64,000 nt of DNA from Eledone cirrhosa (lineage: Eukaryota), in the NCBI GenBank assembly GCA_964016885.1, contig OZ024740.1, forward strand, positions 419,120,001 through 419,184,000, read 5' to 3'. Shown here piece after piece: positions 16,702 through 30,869 of the stretch. The translations under genes were made by a program, and so were the position numbers. How positions within the stretch are numbered: the first letter of the stretch is position 1; the number at the start of each line of letters is the position of its first letter. The notes under the pieces are model-generated. The model saw only the letters and a list, made by a program, of their open reading frames with translations. It was not told the origin of the DNA and ran no database searches.

Positions 16702-17262
16702 TTCCAGTACTCTATAAATGGGAATTTTGGTAGTGACAGCTCACCAGTGTAAGAAGAAGGAACACTGTATAATTACCAAGTGTTTCATTAACACATAATT
16801 AACCTTTTCTTATTTATTCTAGTACCCTGTAAATGGGAATTTTGGTAGTGATAGTTCACCAGTGTAAGAAGAAACACTGTATAATTAACAAGTTTTCAAA
16901 ACCTCAGGCATCCTTGGACCCCATACAGCTGAGCTCCTCCGTAAAATTGGAACGTCAGCAGCTTGTCTGACGAAGGAGCTGCATGAGGTGTGGTGGCTGT
17001 TGCAGCAGGTGTCGCTGGCCATTGTCCACAGAAATGCCTTTGCAGTTTTGTTCACAGGGCACAACAGAAATACTACCCTAGACCTAGGTGTAGAGTCTGC
17101 CACCCTCTCTTTCAGTCCTTGCTGAATAGTACTTGCCCTTAACCTCCTTTTCTTCTCATTGACTCTTTCTGTTTCGTTCCAGTACTCTATAAATGAGAAG
17201 TTTGGTAGTGACAGCTCATCAGTGTAAGAAGAAACACTGTTTAATTAACAAGTGTTTCATTA
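16702..17262 (+). mobile_element. CRE-clade non-LTR retrotransposon C-terminal fragment (about 16892-17126) within three ~75-90-bp direct repeats
   Basis: + frame reads VFKTSGILGPHTAELLRKIG...WWLLQQVSLAIVHRNAFAVLFTG, matching the CRE/SLACS-type C-terminal pattern ETxGxxG...FQRxSLAIQRGNA; repeats at 16702-16790, 16817-16894, 17177-17262. Confidence 0.7.
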
Positions 17263-17522
17263 GATCACCAAGCTAAGTTCACTTCTTTCTTTACAGACCT
17301 CAAGAAATCCTGAATCTAGTTTTCAGAAATTATTTTCAACATTTGCAATGTATATTGTGGGACTTTCAGTAATCAGTAATATATTTTTATTTGACTCTGC
17401 AGATTTTAAAGATCGAGTTCATGTTAGCATGCTTATAAGTATTATGAAGATTTATTACTGATAAATACCTAACAAGAAATGACACAACATCAGCCAATTG
17501 TAATAAGATTAAAAGCAGGTGC

Positions 17523-17684
17523 TGAGCAAGATGGGGATAACATCCATGATTTCGACTGGTCTCACTAGGGGATCCAGCCAGATCAATTGGAGACAAACAA
17601 TTGCTGCTGACAGGACCTGCTGGAAGGAGTGTTTGAGGACTCTGCTCCCACAACCCTCTCATGAATAAGTGGAGGTGGTGATGG

Positions 17685-17730
<46 letters not shown>
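17523..17730 (+). mobile_element. RTE-clade LINE 3' end (family B) with (GAT)n tail
   Basis: Matches 43260-43566 and 54605-54920 (gagcaagatgg..ataacatccatga...caaccctctca.gaataagtgg), followed by (GAT)n. Confidence 0.75.
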
Positions 17731-17894
17731 CCATTGGATTATAATGTTTTTTTATCTGAACATGTCTAAGTATATTTTAAATATCCATGTGTTTAAAGAA
17801 AATACTTTTCATGAGATTGTTGATTGTACAGAAACTAATGATTTTTCAGTAACATTTCCATGTTGATATATATATATATATATATGTGTGTGTG

Positions 17895-18027
17895 TTGATC
17901 TTGAGTAGAATCGGGGGTAACCACAGGAAATAAGGTACTCAGTACATAATTAGAATGAGAACAATGAAGATTTAATATAGAAAGGCTCTTACAGGACTAG
18001 AACTGTTTCATTCTATATTAAATCTTC
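17895..18027 (-). mobile_element. Truncated Penelope-like pLTR with only the 3' half of a hammerhead motif
   Basis: Homologous to 46110-46260; minus strand GAAAcagttctagtcctGTAagagcc, CTGATGA half missing; short inverted copy ctatattaaatcttc follows. Confidence 0.7.
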
Positions 18028-18050
18028 GATATATATATATAGAAAGAGAG

Positions 18051-18207
18051 AGAGAAAAAAGGTGAAGTTGGAAATAGCACAGAAAATATATTTAAGGGTC
18101 TGTTTTTCTTTTTTTATCCTTTCTTTGATTCGTCAAAGTGACATAAAAAAAGAAAAACAGACCCTTAAATATATTTTCCATGCTATTTCCAACTTCACCT
18201 TTTCTCT
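18051..18207. repeat. ~155-bp near-perfect foldback with TTCG apical loop
   Basis: Arm ggtgaagttggaaatagca..gaaaatatatttaagggtctgtttttctttttttat pairs with ataaaaaaagaaaaacagacccttaaatatattttc..tgctatttccaacttcacc; apex ctttga-TTCG-tcaaag (18129-18132). Confidence 0.9.
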
Positions 18208-18679
18208 ATATCCACTATTTTGTATAGAACCTTACTTCCCTTTTCTAATATATATATATTTTTTTTTGTTCACACCCTAAATTGACCCACCAACAGTTCA
18301 CCCAACCTGATCTTCTGCTTTTGAGAAAAGTCACATAATGACACAGGTGAATTTTCTACTATAGTAGAAGGCCTCAATGTCTCTAGACAGAACTACATTG
18401 GATAATATACAACAACCCTTTACCCCAATGATCATTCACCAAGAGGGTTAGAAAGCCCATGATGCTGCTGCTGCTTGCTGCCTCCTGTTCTGTGATATTA
18501 CAAACCCCTGCTACTTCTGACAAGTCCTTCCAGCCCCATGATGTCACTGGCACTTATACTTCTGACAAGGCTCCAGACCCACAGAAAATAACCAAAAATT
18601 TGGAGGAATTCAATAAAATAATTAAGTTTTTCATTAGTAAGCTGATATTTAGAACAATCAGATGCCAACAGAAAAAAGC

Positions 18680-20170
18680 GGAATAAATCTTCTAACCATC
18701 TCAAGCAAGTGACAAAGAAGGCAGTGCTTGAATTTGAACAGTGCATAGCAACCAATCCTGACAATAAGGTGTTCTGGAAATATGTTCATTCAAAGCAGAG
18801 ACCTCACTCTCCAGTTGGTCCTCTTCTCAATCTCCACACAAGCCAGATCACTGACGATCCCAAAGAATGCACAGAACTCATTGCTGAGTGCTATGCAAGT
18901 ATTTTTTCTGTTGAAAACCAGAATGTACCATCTCCACCATCTCTAACATCAAATTCCATAACAACTATGGAATTTACATCTGCAATGTTGCGATGTCACC
19001 TTAAGAATAAGCGCAACTACGCCTCCCCTGGTCTTGATGGTGTTACATACCTGCTTCTCAAACGTGGCGGGTATTTCTTTTTGCGCCAGCTTTCTTTCTT
19101 CTTTCAATACTGTCTCAACAATGGTGCTACTCCGGAGCAGTGGAAAACTGCCAGTGTCATTCGCCTGTTCAAAAAGGGCAACCGCATGTCACCTGTCAAC
19201 TATCGTCCAGTCAGTCTTACTAGCTGTATGGCCAAACTGATGGAATCCTGTGTCAGAGAAACACTTTGGAACTTCTGGAGCTCTCACAGCCTCATCCGGC
19301 CCTCACAGTTTGGATTTATCCCTAACTCCAGCTGCTGTGATCAGCTTATCGAGTTCCTTGAAGACATCACCCGGATCACTGACAGCGGCTCATGGGTGGA
19401 TGTTGTTTACCTTGACTTTGCTAAGGCTTTTAATTCTGTGCCACACAAAAGACTTATGGCAAAACTCTCTGCAATGGGTGTAAGGGATGATCTTTTCGAC
19501 TGGTTGAAATCCTTCATTCTCAGCCGAAAGAGGTAGTCATGGTTCTAGGACAGCATTCTTCACAATATGAGATGTCATCTGGTGTACCACAGGGATATGT
19601 TCTTGGTCCCCTTTTGTTTGTGGCATATATTAATGACATAGATGCCAACTTACAGAATGCCACGGTACTGAAATATGCAGATGACATCAAGCTCTACCTT
19701 GAAATCAAAAGAACAGATCCTGAAATCTACAACGCTTTCCTACAATCAGACCTGGACACAATGCAGCAATGGATCACAGACTGGCAACTGAAGCTGGCTG
19801 TGGACAAGTGTACCACCATGCATTTTGGGAGGAAAAATCCACCGTCCACATATTCCCTCCACAACACTGATATCAAAAGTCCTCTTGTGAACGTGACCTG
19901 GGCATTACTGTCAGCGCAATTTGCGTTGGACAAAGCATGTCTCTAAGATTGTCAAGAAGGCCGAGGGTGTCTTGGCATCACTCAGCAAGACCTTTGTTAG
20001 CCGCTCTCCAGCCATCTATTTAAAACTGTATACAGCTATGGTACGACCACACTTGGAATTCGCATCATCAGTCTGGAACCCCTATCTTGCTCAGAACATT
20101 GACCACCTGGAAACTGTTCAGAGACGTGCAACCAAGCGCATACCCTCCATCAGACACCTACCATACTCTG
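18680..20170 (+). mobile_element. CR1-clade LINE reverse transcriptase region, truncated and frameshifted
   Basis: ORFs 18709-19536, 19539-19946 and 19921-20170 give YRPVSLTS, QFGF, YLDFAKAFNSVPH, SGVPQGYVLGPLLF, YADD, VRPHLEFASSVWNP, VQRRATK; frameshifts at about 19535 and 19890-19920. Confidence 0.93.
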
Positions 20171-20417
20171 ATGATGATGATGATGATTATATTTGTAATG
20201 TTCTTCTGAAAGAATTGCAAGCAATTTATAACGTTATTTACATATTTGTAATGTTATTTATGTATATATCTAAACATATTTGTCATGTTATTTATACAAC
20301 TGTAAATAAAATGACACTTCCTACTGTATTCAGATATAGTATTACCATATTTTAAAATTTATAGTTGAAAAACTGGAAGCTTCTTAGAACCTCGGTTTGT
20401 TTGAGGCAAGAAACTAT

Positions 20418-21635
20418 TCATCATCATCATCATCATCATCATCATCGTTTAACGTCCATATTCCACGCTTGCATGGGTTTGGACGGGAGTTTTCCCACTT
20501 GAGGCAAGAGTGATTGTCTTGCTCGCATAGGACTGTCTGGCAGGCTTTCTACAGTTGGATGCCCTTCCTAACACCAACCACATTTACAGTGTGGAACTGG
20601 GAGGTTTTTACCGTGTTACCTACATGGCCACATTACAGCGTGGACTGTGTGTTTTTTTGTCGTGACACCTACACGACCTCATTTGTTTCGGCTTGGATGT
20701 TGTGGTACCAACATAACTTTACATTGAAAGGGGTGGTGTGGATGGGGTGGGGGTAGTAGGACGGGGGTGTATTTTGTTAGAGGTGCCTACTGACTGTAGT
20801 AGGTTTTACTTTGTATTTAGGTAAGGCGGGTCTTCTCTATTACTGTGTAGCGCCAAAGATCTCGGTCCAGTGACATTGTCTTGGAGAGGTGTAAGTGTGT
20901 GAGGTCGGAATTTATCAAGTCGTCCCAGGTTTTTCTGGGTCTGCCTACTCCATGGCTACCGTCTATTTTTATTGCCCTGCACTTTTTTATACAGCTGTCG
21001 TCTTTCATGCGCATCACGTGACCATACCAACGTAGCCTTCTCTCGAGTAAACAACATCTGATCCCTCTTATTTCTAATTTTTCCCTTAGTTCATTTATGC
21101 TTTGCCGTTCACGTATATTACTATTACACATCCAGCAGAGCATGCAAGCTTCGTTCCTCTCTAGTCTGCGTATATCCTCTGCACACAATGTCCAGGTCTC
21201 ACTGCCATGCAACATTGCTGTTCGTATGCAGGCATCATACAGCCTGCCTTTCATTTTTAGAGAGAACCCTTTAGCGGCTAATAGTGGTATTAGCTCTCTG
21301 AACTTTTTCCAACCAGTTCTGACTCTAGCTACTGTACTTTCAGAGCACCCTCCCCCACTGCTGATTTTGTCACCCAGGTAACGGAAGGTGTCCACTATTT
21401 CTATAGAACCATCTGTGCAATTGAAAGAGCTAGTATTCTGTGGGCACTTGCTGCTACTTATTGCACCAGAGCACCAGCCACATATAAAATCTATGTTCTT
21501 AGTTAGCTTACCTGTGATCCCACTACATCTTTTATGCACCCATACTTTGCATTTGGGACATAAAATGGAGTTTCTACCTACTCCTTTCCTACACACTGAG
21601 CATGGCTATTTCCCGGATGGGACCGGCGCCCTATT
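20418..21635 (-). mobile_element. RTE-clade LINE (family A), 5'-truncated: ORF C-terminus, 3' UTR and (GAT)n tail
   Basis: ORF 20817-21596 with [31 protein letters not shown]; 3' UTR 20450-20816; (CAT)n on + at 20418-20445. Confidence 0.95.
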
Positions 21636-21847
21636 TTCCTTCCAGTTTTCATTACTGGCATTATAAATTCATGGAGGATTTTTTAACTGTTTATTATTTA
21701 TTTATTCATTTAATCAATTTAAACGTCTGAATAGAACTAATAAGCTATGACAGACTAGGTGTAAGAAGTATTTAGTACTTCTTACAGTTGAGAAACAAAA
21801 AACAAGATATGCAGAGGTATGTGAATATCAAAATATAAATCAAAATT

Positions 21848-22495
21848 AGTAAGGTTGGTAGGAGGTTATATAACTCAGTTGTGAAACCACCATCATGTGA
21901 AGTACAGTTTCTAGTAAGGTTGGTAGGAGGTTATATAACTCAGTTGTGAAACCACCATCATGTGAAGTACAGTTTCCAGTAAGGCTGGTAGGAGGTTATA
22001 TAACTCAGTTGTGAAACCACCATCATGTGAAACACAGTGTTCAGTAAGGTTGGTAGGAGGTTATATAACTCAGTTGTGAAACCATCATCATGTGAAGTAC
22101 AGTTTCCAGTAAGGCTGGTAGGAGGTTATATAACTCAGTTGTGAAACCACCATCATGTGAAACACAGTTTTCAGTAAGGTTGGTAGGAGGTTATATAACT
22201 CAGTTGTGAAACCACCATCATGTGAAGTACAGTTTCTAGTAAGGACGGTAGGAGGTTATATAACTCAGTTGTGAAACCACCATCATGTGAAGTACAGTTT
22301 CCAGTAAGGCTGGTAGGAGGTTATATAACTCAGTTGTGAAACCACCATCATGTGAAGTACAGTTTCCAGTAAGGCTGGTAGGAGGTTATATAACTCAGTT
22401 GTGAAACCACCATCATGTGAAGTACAGTTTCCAGTAAGGTTGGTAGGAGGTTATATAACTCAGTTGTGAAACCACCATCATGTGAAATAGTTTTC
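21848..22495. repeat. Tandem array of about 10 copies of a 65-bp unit
   Basis: Unit AGTAAGGTTGGTAGGAGGTTATATAACTCAGTTGTGAAACCACCATCATGTGAAGTACAGTTTCC starts at 21848, 21913, 21978 ... 22433; no spacers. Confidence 0.98.
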
Positions 22496-23339
22496 AACTA
22501 CAGGTAGTTGATCCCTATTTAAAATAGGTACAAGAAGCTCCCCTACATAACACGCTTCGTATTGTATTGATAGTCGTGAGAATGAGTACTCAATACTATA
22601 GTAGAGATAAATATGCTATTTATTAAGGCCAATCTTGAGTTTTGGTACTCTGAAGAAGAAAGGTAGCATTTAATTGTCTTTTGTCAATAGAAACTTGACA
22701 TACTAATGGGATACATTATATTTATTTTATTTCATATATAGGTATATACTTCCAAATTTATAGTAGACAAATATGAGATGTTATGGTGTTCATCCATTTA
22801 CCAATAATATGACCAATAATTTTGGAAACAGGTTTGCCGACTCTATTTCCTCTTATTTCACAGTAGCATAAAAAAAGAAAAACTGAAAAAGTTATTTCCC
22901 TTTTATTTGTAGAAGAAAACATCTTATGTCCTAAGTAAATCAACATTTTTTTTCTTGGACAATAAACAAAGACAACGGAAGTGACCAAAGAGATATTTTG
23001 TCTGACTTACTATGTTGTAATGTTTAGTTATAACCTTTTACTCTCTAAATTCAAATCATTTTCATTACTTTGAGGTCAATAAATTATGTACCAACCAAGT
23101 ACTGGAGTTCAGTAACTCTAACGTTGCTCCAAAATTTGTCTCGAATAATCGTCCCCCGCTTATTAATTTTTCAGCTTTTTTTTCCAACTACCTCCACACT
23201 GCTCTTATTGCGGGTCTCAATATGTAAACTAAACGATTAATTCTGGTTTTTAAAAATTCAACAGACAACCTAGAAAAATTACAGATTTTCCACACACCTC
23301 GCTTATTCCACACACACCCCTATCATTTTAACAAATACT

Positions 23340-23699
23340 TTTTAAATATATACATAAATAACATTGCAAATGCTTAGATAACATTATAAATTGCTCGTGA
23401 TTCTTTCAGAAGGATACATTCCCTTAATGTTGCAATATTAAAGAAAATATAAAGGAAGAGGTGAACAACCGAACCAACACCAGAGCAAAAGACAGCAGCG
23501 TCGCGAGGAGTACCGGGCAACCTCTCAATTGCTTTTTGTGGCAAGCCAGCACACTCGCAGCGTTGCTTCGGGTGATAGCAAAGCTGATGCGCTGAAACAG
23601 CCAAGCGCCCTCGCCAGTGAAGAGAGGAACCTCGCAGTCAGCGGCCCGACTCCCACAAACGTCTCGAAAGCCACAGGCTGAACTGTTTCTTGTTTGCAA
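23340..23699 (-). mobile_element. CRE-clade retrotransposon C-terminal fragment with 3' UTR
   Basis: Minus strand VQPVAFETFVGVGPLTARFLSSLAR then (frame change) AWLFQRISFAITRSNAASVLAC; its 3' UTR recurs at 20190-20280 (+) and 24700-24790 (-). Confidence 0.78.
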
Positions 23700-23794
23700 A
23701 TAAGTAGCCAGTTTTTATAACTATAAAATCTTTATATCCTTGAATTAAAGGAGCGGATTAGGTGTGTCACATTCTTTCACGACTCGAGTGTGAA

Positions 23795-23960
23795 GGCGCA
23801 TGGCTTAGTGGTTAGAGCATTGGGCTTGCAATCGAAAGGTTGTGAGTTCAATTCTCGGACCGGGTGATGTGTTGTTTCCTTGAGCAAGACACTTTATTTC
23901 ACATTGCTCCAGTTTACTCAGCTGTAGAAATGAGATGATAGGACTGGGGTCCCTATCATT
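23795..23960 (+). mobile_element. tRNA-derived SINE with CORE/Meta-like central domain
   Basis: A box TGGCTTAGTGG, B box GAGTTCAATTC, then tgttgtttccttgagcaagacactttatttcacattgctccag; near-identical copy at 57848-58000, inverted relatives at 60350-60740 and 63170-63420. Confidence 0.85.
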
Positions 23961-24588
23961 AAAAAACCCAAGACACCTCCAACGAGATATACCTTGGAGG
24001 AGGCCAGCTAAACCTGCATAGGTGTGAGCTGTAACAACAACAAGTATGTGCTCAGATAAGCCTGTGACCAGATAACACCGACAGTAGCAGCATTGAATCA
24101 ATGGAGAATGCCTGAATAATATTCTTCTGTGAATGCCTGGATAAGAAACTTACAGGGTTGCTGTATTTTAATTAAGTCTCTTTTAGTTCCGAATTAAAAA
24201 TCTACTGGGAGGATTGTTAGTCATCCCGCTGAGATCGATAGTCCTTTCCTCAACTTACACGGGCAGGTCTGCCCTTCTTTACCCCCTTCACTCCTCTATT
24301 CATTACTTTATTTTGATTTTATCTCTTTTCTTTTTTTCAAATTTCCATCAATATTTGTAATGTTTTTTTTTTTTAATATATCTTAAGTGTATATTTTAAA
24401 TATGGTCATTTGGTCCGTGGCAAGGGTAATTACCAAGGTGGAGATGACCTTCTTCTGAGTATCGAGCATCACTTGGTATCGATGCCTCCTAGATGGGCAA
24501 TAAAACACTTCTTTTTCCTCATAAAATAGAGGGTCGACTTAATGCATATCATATCATATAATATAATATATATATATATATATAAATC

Positions 24589-24624
<36 letters not shown>

Positions 24625-24792
24625 GAGAGAGAGAAAGAGGAATGAGATGTTACTAGTTTAGAGGAGTTTTTTTAATCATAATAAAATCTTTTATTCACAA
24701 TTATGTTTTAAATATATACATAAATAACATTTATAATACGTAAATAACATTATAAATTGCTCACAATTCGTTCTAAAGAACATTACAAATAT

Positions 24793-24980
24793 AATTGTTT
24801 CTACTTTTGACACAAGGCCAGCAATTATCCAGTACATTACTGGTACTTTATTTTATCGACCCCGTAAGGATGAAAGGCAAAGTTAACCTCAGCGGGATTA
24901 GAACTCAGAATGGCAAGGGCCATAACTCTATGCTACAAAGCATGGTGTCCGACCCTCTACCGATACTGCCAATCCACTAC
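24793..24980 (-). mobile_element. tRNA-derived SINE, Deu/Nin-like family
   Basis: ttgtttctacttttg.cacaaggccagcaatt...tactggtactttattttatcgaccccgtaaggatgaaaggcaaagttaacctc...gatactgccaatccac. Confidence 0.88.
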
Positions 24981-25219
24981 AAATATAATGTCGTTGATAA
25001 ACAAATATAAACGCATAGTTAACATTAAAAGCATAATAGAGCAGCTATTGAGATGTACAGAATCTCCATCTCAAAATAACATCGTTGTCTTATCTCATTA
25101 TAAAGAATTATACTAAAAAAAAAGATTGAATATATATGATACTTTCTCTTTCTAATTTCTTGGTCGTGTGCTAAAGTTAAAATTAAAATTTGTATTTTCC
25201 AATTAAAAATAAAATAAAG

Positions 25220-25575
25220 GGTGCGATCTGTATGGAAGGGAACATATCGTAATTATACATTGACAAGTGGTTGACGAAGTTGCCTCCCCTGTTTTTGTGT
25301 GTTAGAGATGACTAATCGAACGTATTGTCGCAAAGTTGCTTGAAATATTTAGCAGAACTACCAGCTATCGTTGTGCTCTTCGCACGATATTTGGTTCTAT
25401 TGTTGTTAAATTGTCGCAGGATTTTCACATACAGAAGTGCTCGCTGACGTCGGTTGGTAGATTTCTTTAACTACACTCTCTTGTTTCACACTGACAAAGC
25501 TCTGTTCTTCCTTAGTCGCTGTGATTTGCACTCAAATCTCTCAGACATCACGCCATACGATGCGCACATGCAGAA
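25220..25575. promoter_or_regulatory. Locally CpG-rich unique segment with SRE-like and CRE-like motifs (candidate promoter/enhancer)
   Basis: Many CpGs relative to flanks; TGACGTC at 25445-25451; ATCACGCCAT at 25547-25556 fits the SREBP site ATCACNCCAY. Confidence 0.3.
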
Positions 25576-25739
25576 ACAAAAACATTTCATTTAATTTCCC
25601 CCATAAACACACACAAATTGTTAAGTCACTCACATGGACATGCCCTCTTTAAGAAGTTGGGTTTAATGTATCTATAATTAAGATCGATTGTTGCTTATAT
25701 AGTTGAAATTAGTTTTTCTTTTCCGTCGATGATAACGGA

Positions 25740-28612
<2,873 letters not shown>

Positions 28613-30198
28613 ATAAACAAGTTTTTTTTTAACACTCCCAATATATATATGCGCATTTTTTCTAAATACGTAATGTTATAAATAGTTATATTTTGCTGTG
28701 ACTTGGCACGATTACCTGTAAATTACAGACCTAAATATTTTTAGATTTTTTTTTTTTTTTGTTATCTATCTTAATTTTACTTCGATTTAAGATGGGAGCG
28801 TATTGAACTGCTTAGAAAACGTCGATAACCTTTATTAATATTATTAAAAGTATATAGTTTATTTCCGCTATAGATTTTTGTTAGTATTCAGGCTATTTAC
28901 AGTTCACAAACATTAGTCTAGATTTAATGTTTATATTTTATTATTTTCCTCTTTTACATTCCCTACTTTCGTTTATTTGTGTAAACATCCCAGGATCCAC
29001 TTTAGACTTTTTCTATCTCGTCGTACCATATTTTATAATTGGATTCTCTGCTCCCTTACAGTAAAACATATATATTATGAACATTATAATTGGTTTCATT
29101 TAACGAATGGAGATAAATTAGAAATATATTTAAAACAATTTCATTTGAGGAAACAAAAAAAATGTTATTTATTTCTTAATTATCCTAGTGTACTTATGTA
29201 ATATTTCTTTATGATTTTTTAGCTCTTGTAATAATTAAAATAGGGCCATGCTTATCACTAATAACCTACGAACGTCTCTGAAAAGGAGTTGCACCTATTT
29301 TCTTCCCTATGAAATTATCGTTTTGTATATTTAATAATCTACAGTTTGTAATATTGCCAAGTACTTGTTGAAAATTCCATTAAAACACTTTTTACTCGAA
29401 ATTTCATGTAACAAATGAGGAAATACTTTTATTTTAGTAAATCTCTTGACATATTTCTTTAATTACATATATATTATTTCTTCTAGAGAAATTTCTTAAA
29501 TATATTTCGGAAGTGTACTTGTTTGGCGAGTGGTTTGATCAGGGGTTGTGTATTAAAACTAAAAAAATTACATCGTAAAAATGTTCAAACATAAAATATG
29601 TAATTGTATAAATATATATTTAAAAAAGCACCGTTTGATCCCATCCAGTATATTTGTGTCCCCTGCTAATTGTTTTTGTATAGGAAATCAAAAAATCCTG
29701 AATCCTGTTTAAAAAATAAATCTGGTGGGTTCACCGCTTGACTGGATCAAACGATACTCTCCTTGTTAAATATATTATATATAAATACATATTTTATACC
29801 TAAATAGATATTATTAAATTTGAAGCATTGTTGTTTTGTTTCCCGAGGAAATTTAATGATGTCCTTATTTGTTTTGTATTCTAACTTCGGTTTCTATTTT
29901 CTTGAATTCACGGTCGTAATACGAAGGATCGCCCTCTAATTTTAGACAATATATATATATAATCTAGACCCGCTGACATGATTTGAACCCTGCTCGCATC
30001 GTTTTGTTTTTTTTCCCTGGCGAACGACAGAAGAGTAATTCCGCTCCTTCCAGGGGTAGTCCAATTCATATTTAGTCTTTACTGTTATAAATTGATATAT
30101 TTTGATATATCCAAACATCCATACTAGAATTTTATTTATAGTGAATTACTATTAAACATACAAAACGAATGTAATTTCACAGGGAAAGCAAGTTGGTG

Positions 30199-30351
30199 CA
30201 GTGCCGGATTTACCATTGTACTTAAGCAAAGGCCCCGTTGGGCAGGAGGGCCCATCTTCCTCTGTAGGCCTACCGAGCCTACCTCCTTTAGGGTCCAAGT
30301 AAGGGGCCTCATAACTAACACAAGGCCTCATTTGTCCTAAATCCGGTACTG
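30199..30351. mobile_element. hAT-superfamily MITE
   Basis: TIRs CAGTGCCGGATTTA / TAAATCCGGTACTG; 8-bp TSD AGTTGGTG (30191-30198) vs AGTAGGTG (30352-30359). Confidence 0.88.
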
Positions 30352-30869
30352 AGTAGGTGTAACACTTTAATAGTGGTAAGCATGGCCCTATCCATACTAT
30401 AAATTTTATTTTGTTGCTTTCTCAGTTCAAATTCCACCGAGGTCAACTTTGCCTTTCATCCTTTCGCGGTCGATAAAAAAAAGTACCTGTTTAGTACCGG
30501 GGTCGATTCTTCCTCTATATCTCTTTCTCATTTCCATTTCTCACACTGTCAATCCTTCACTGGAAGAAATCTGTTGTGTTCAGACCTGGAGAGAAATCGG
30601 CTCCACCAGGCTTAAAATGCCCGTCTACTGTGCTCCTACGATTCCCTCGAGAGTTACAGGACTGTCACATACAACATCATAGTATTACACTTAAATACTA
30701 TATGTTATTTATTTAAAAATAAAAATAACTGTAATCACGAACCACACATCTTCGTTTACTAACTTTGCACCTGTTCTCTTAGAATGTTTTTATATTAAAT
30801 CTTTGCACTCTTCTAATTTATTAGTATATCTATGTAGTGTTTTAACATGTGCTTTATTACGCTAAGACC

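Noticed and set aside
17297-17461. + strand acceptor followed by a 54-codon open frame (TSRNPESSFQKLF...)
   Set aside because: No recognisable homology and no upstream partner exon in the window
20168-20190. Other CTGATGA occurrences (20168, 46427, 59113) as hammerheads
   Set aside because: No downstream GAAA/stem III/stem I pairing; they are part of (GAT)n or coding sequence
18709-20355. Intact or domesticated reverse transcriptase gene
   Set aside because: Frameshifts, no endonuclease domain, truncated at both ends; ordinary dead CR1 copy
21848-22495. CRISPR-like regular array
   Set aside because: Units are contiguous and near-identical with no unique spacers; no cas genes; eukaryotic context
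23795-23870. tRNA gene candidates with A and B boxes (also 63759-63850 and others)
   Set aside because: No complete cloverleaf, and each continues into a SINE body present in many copies
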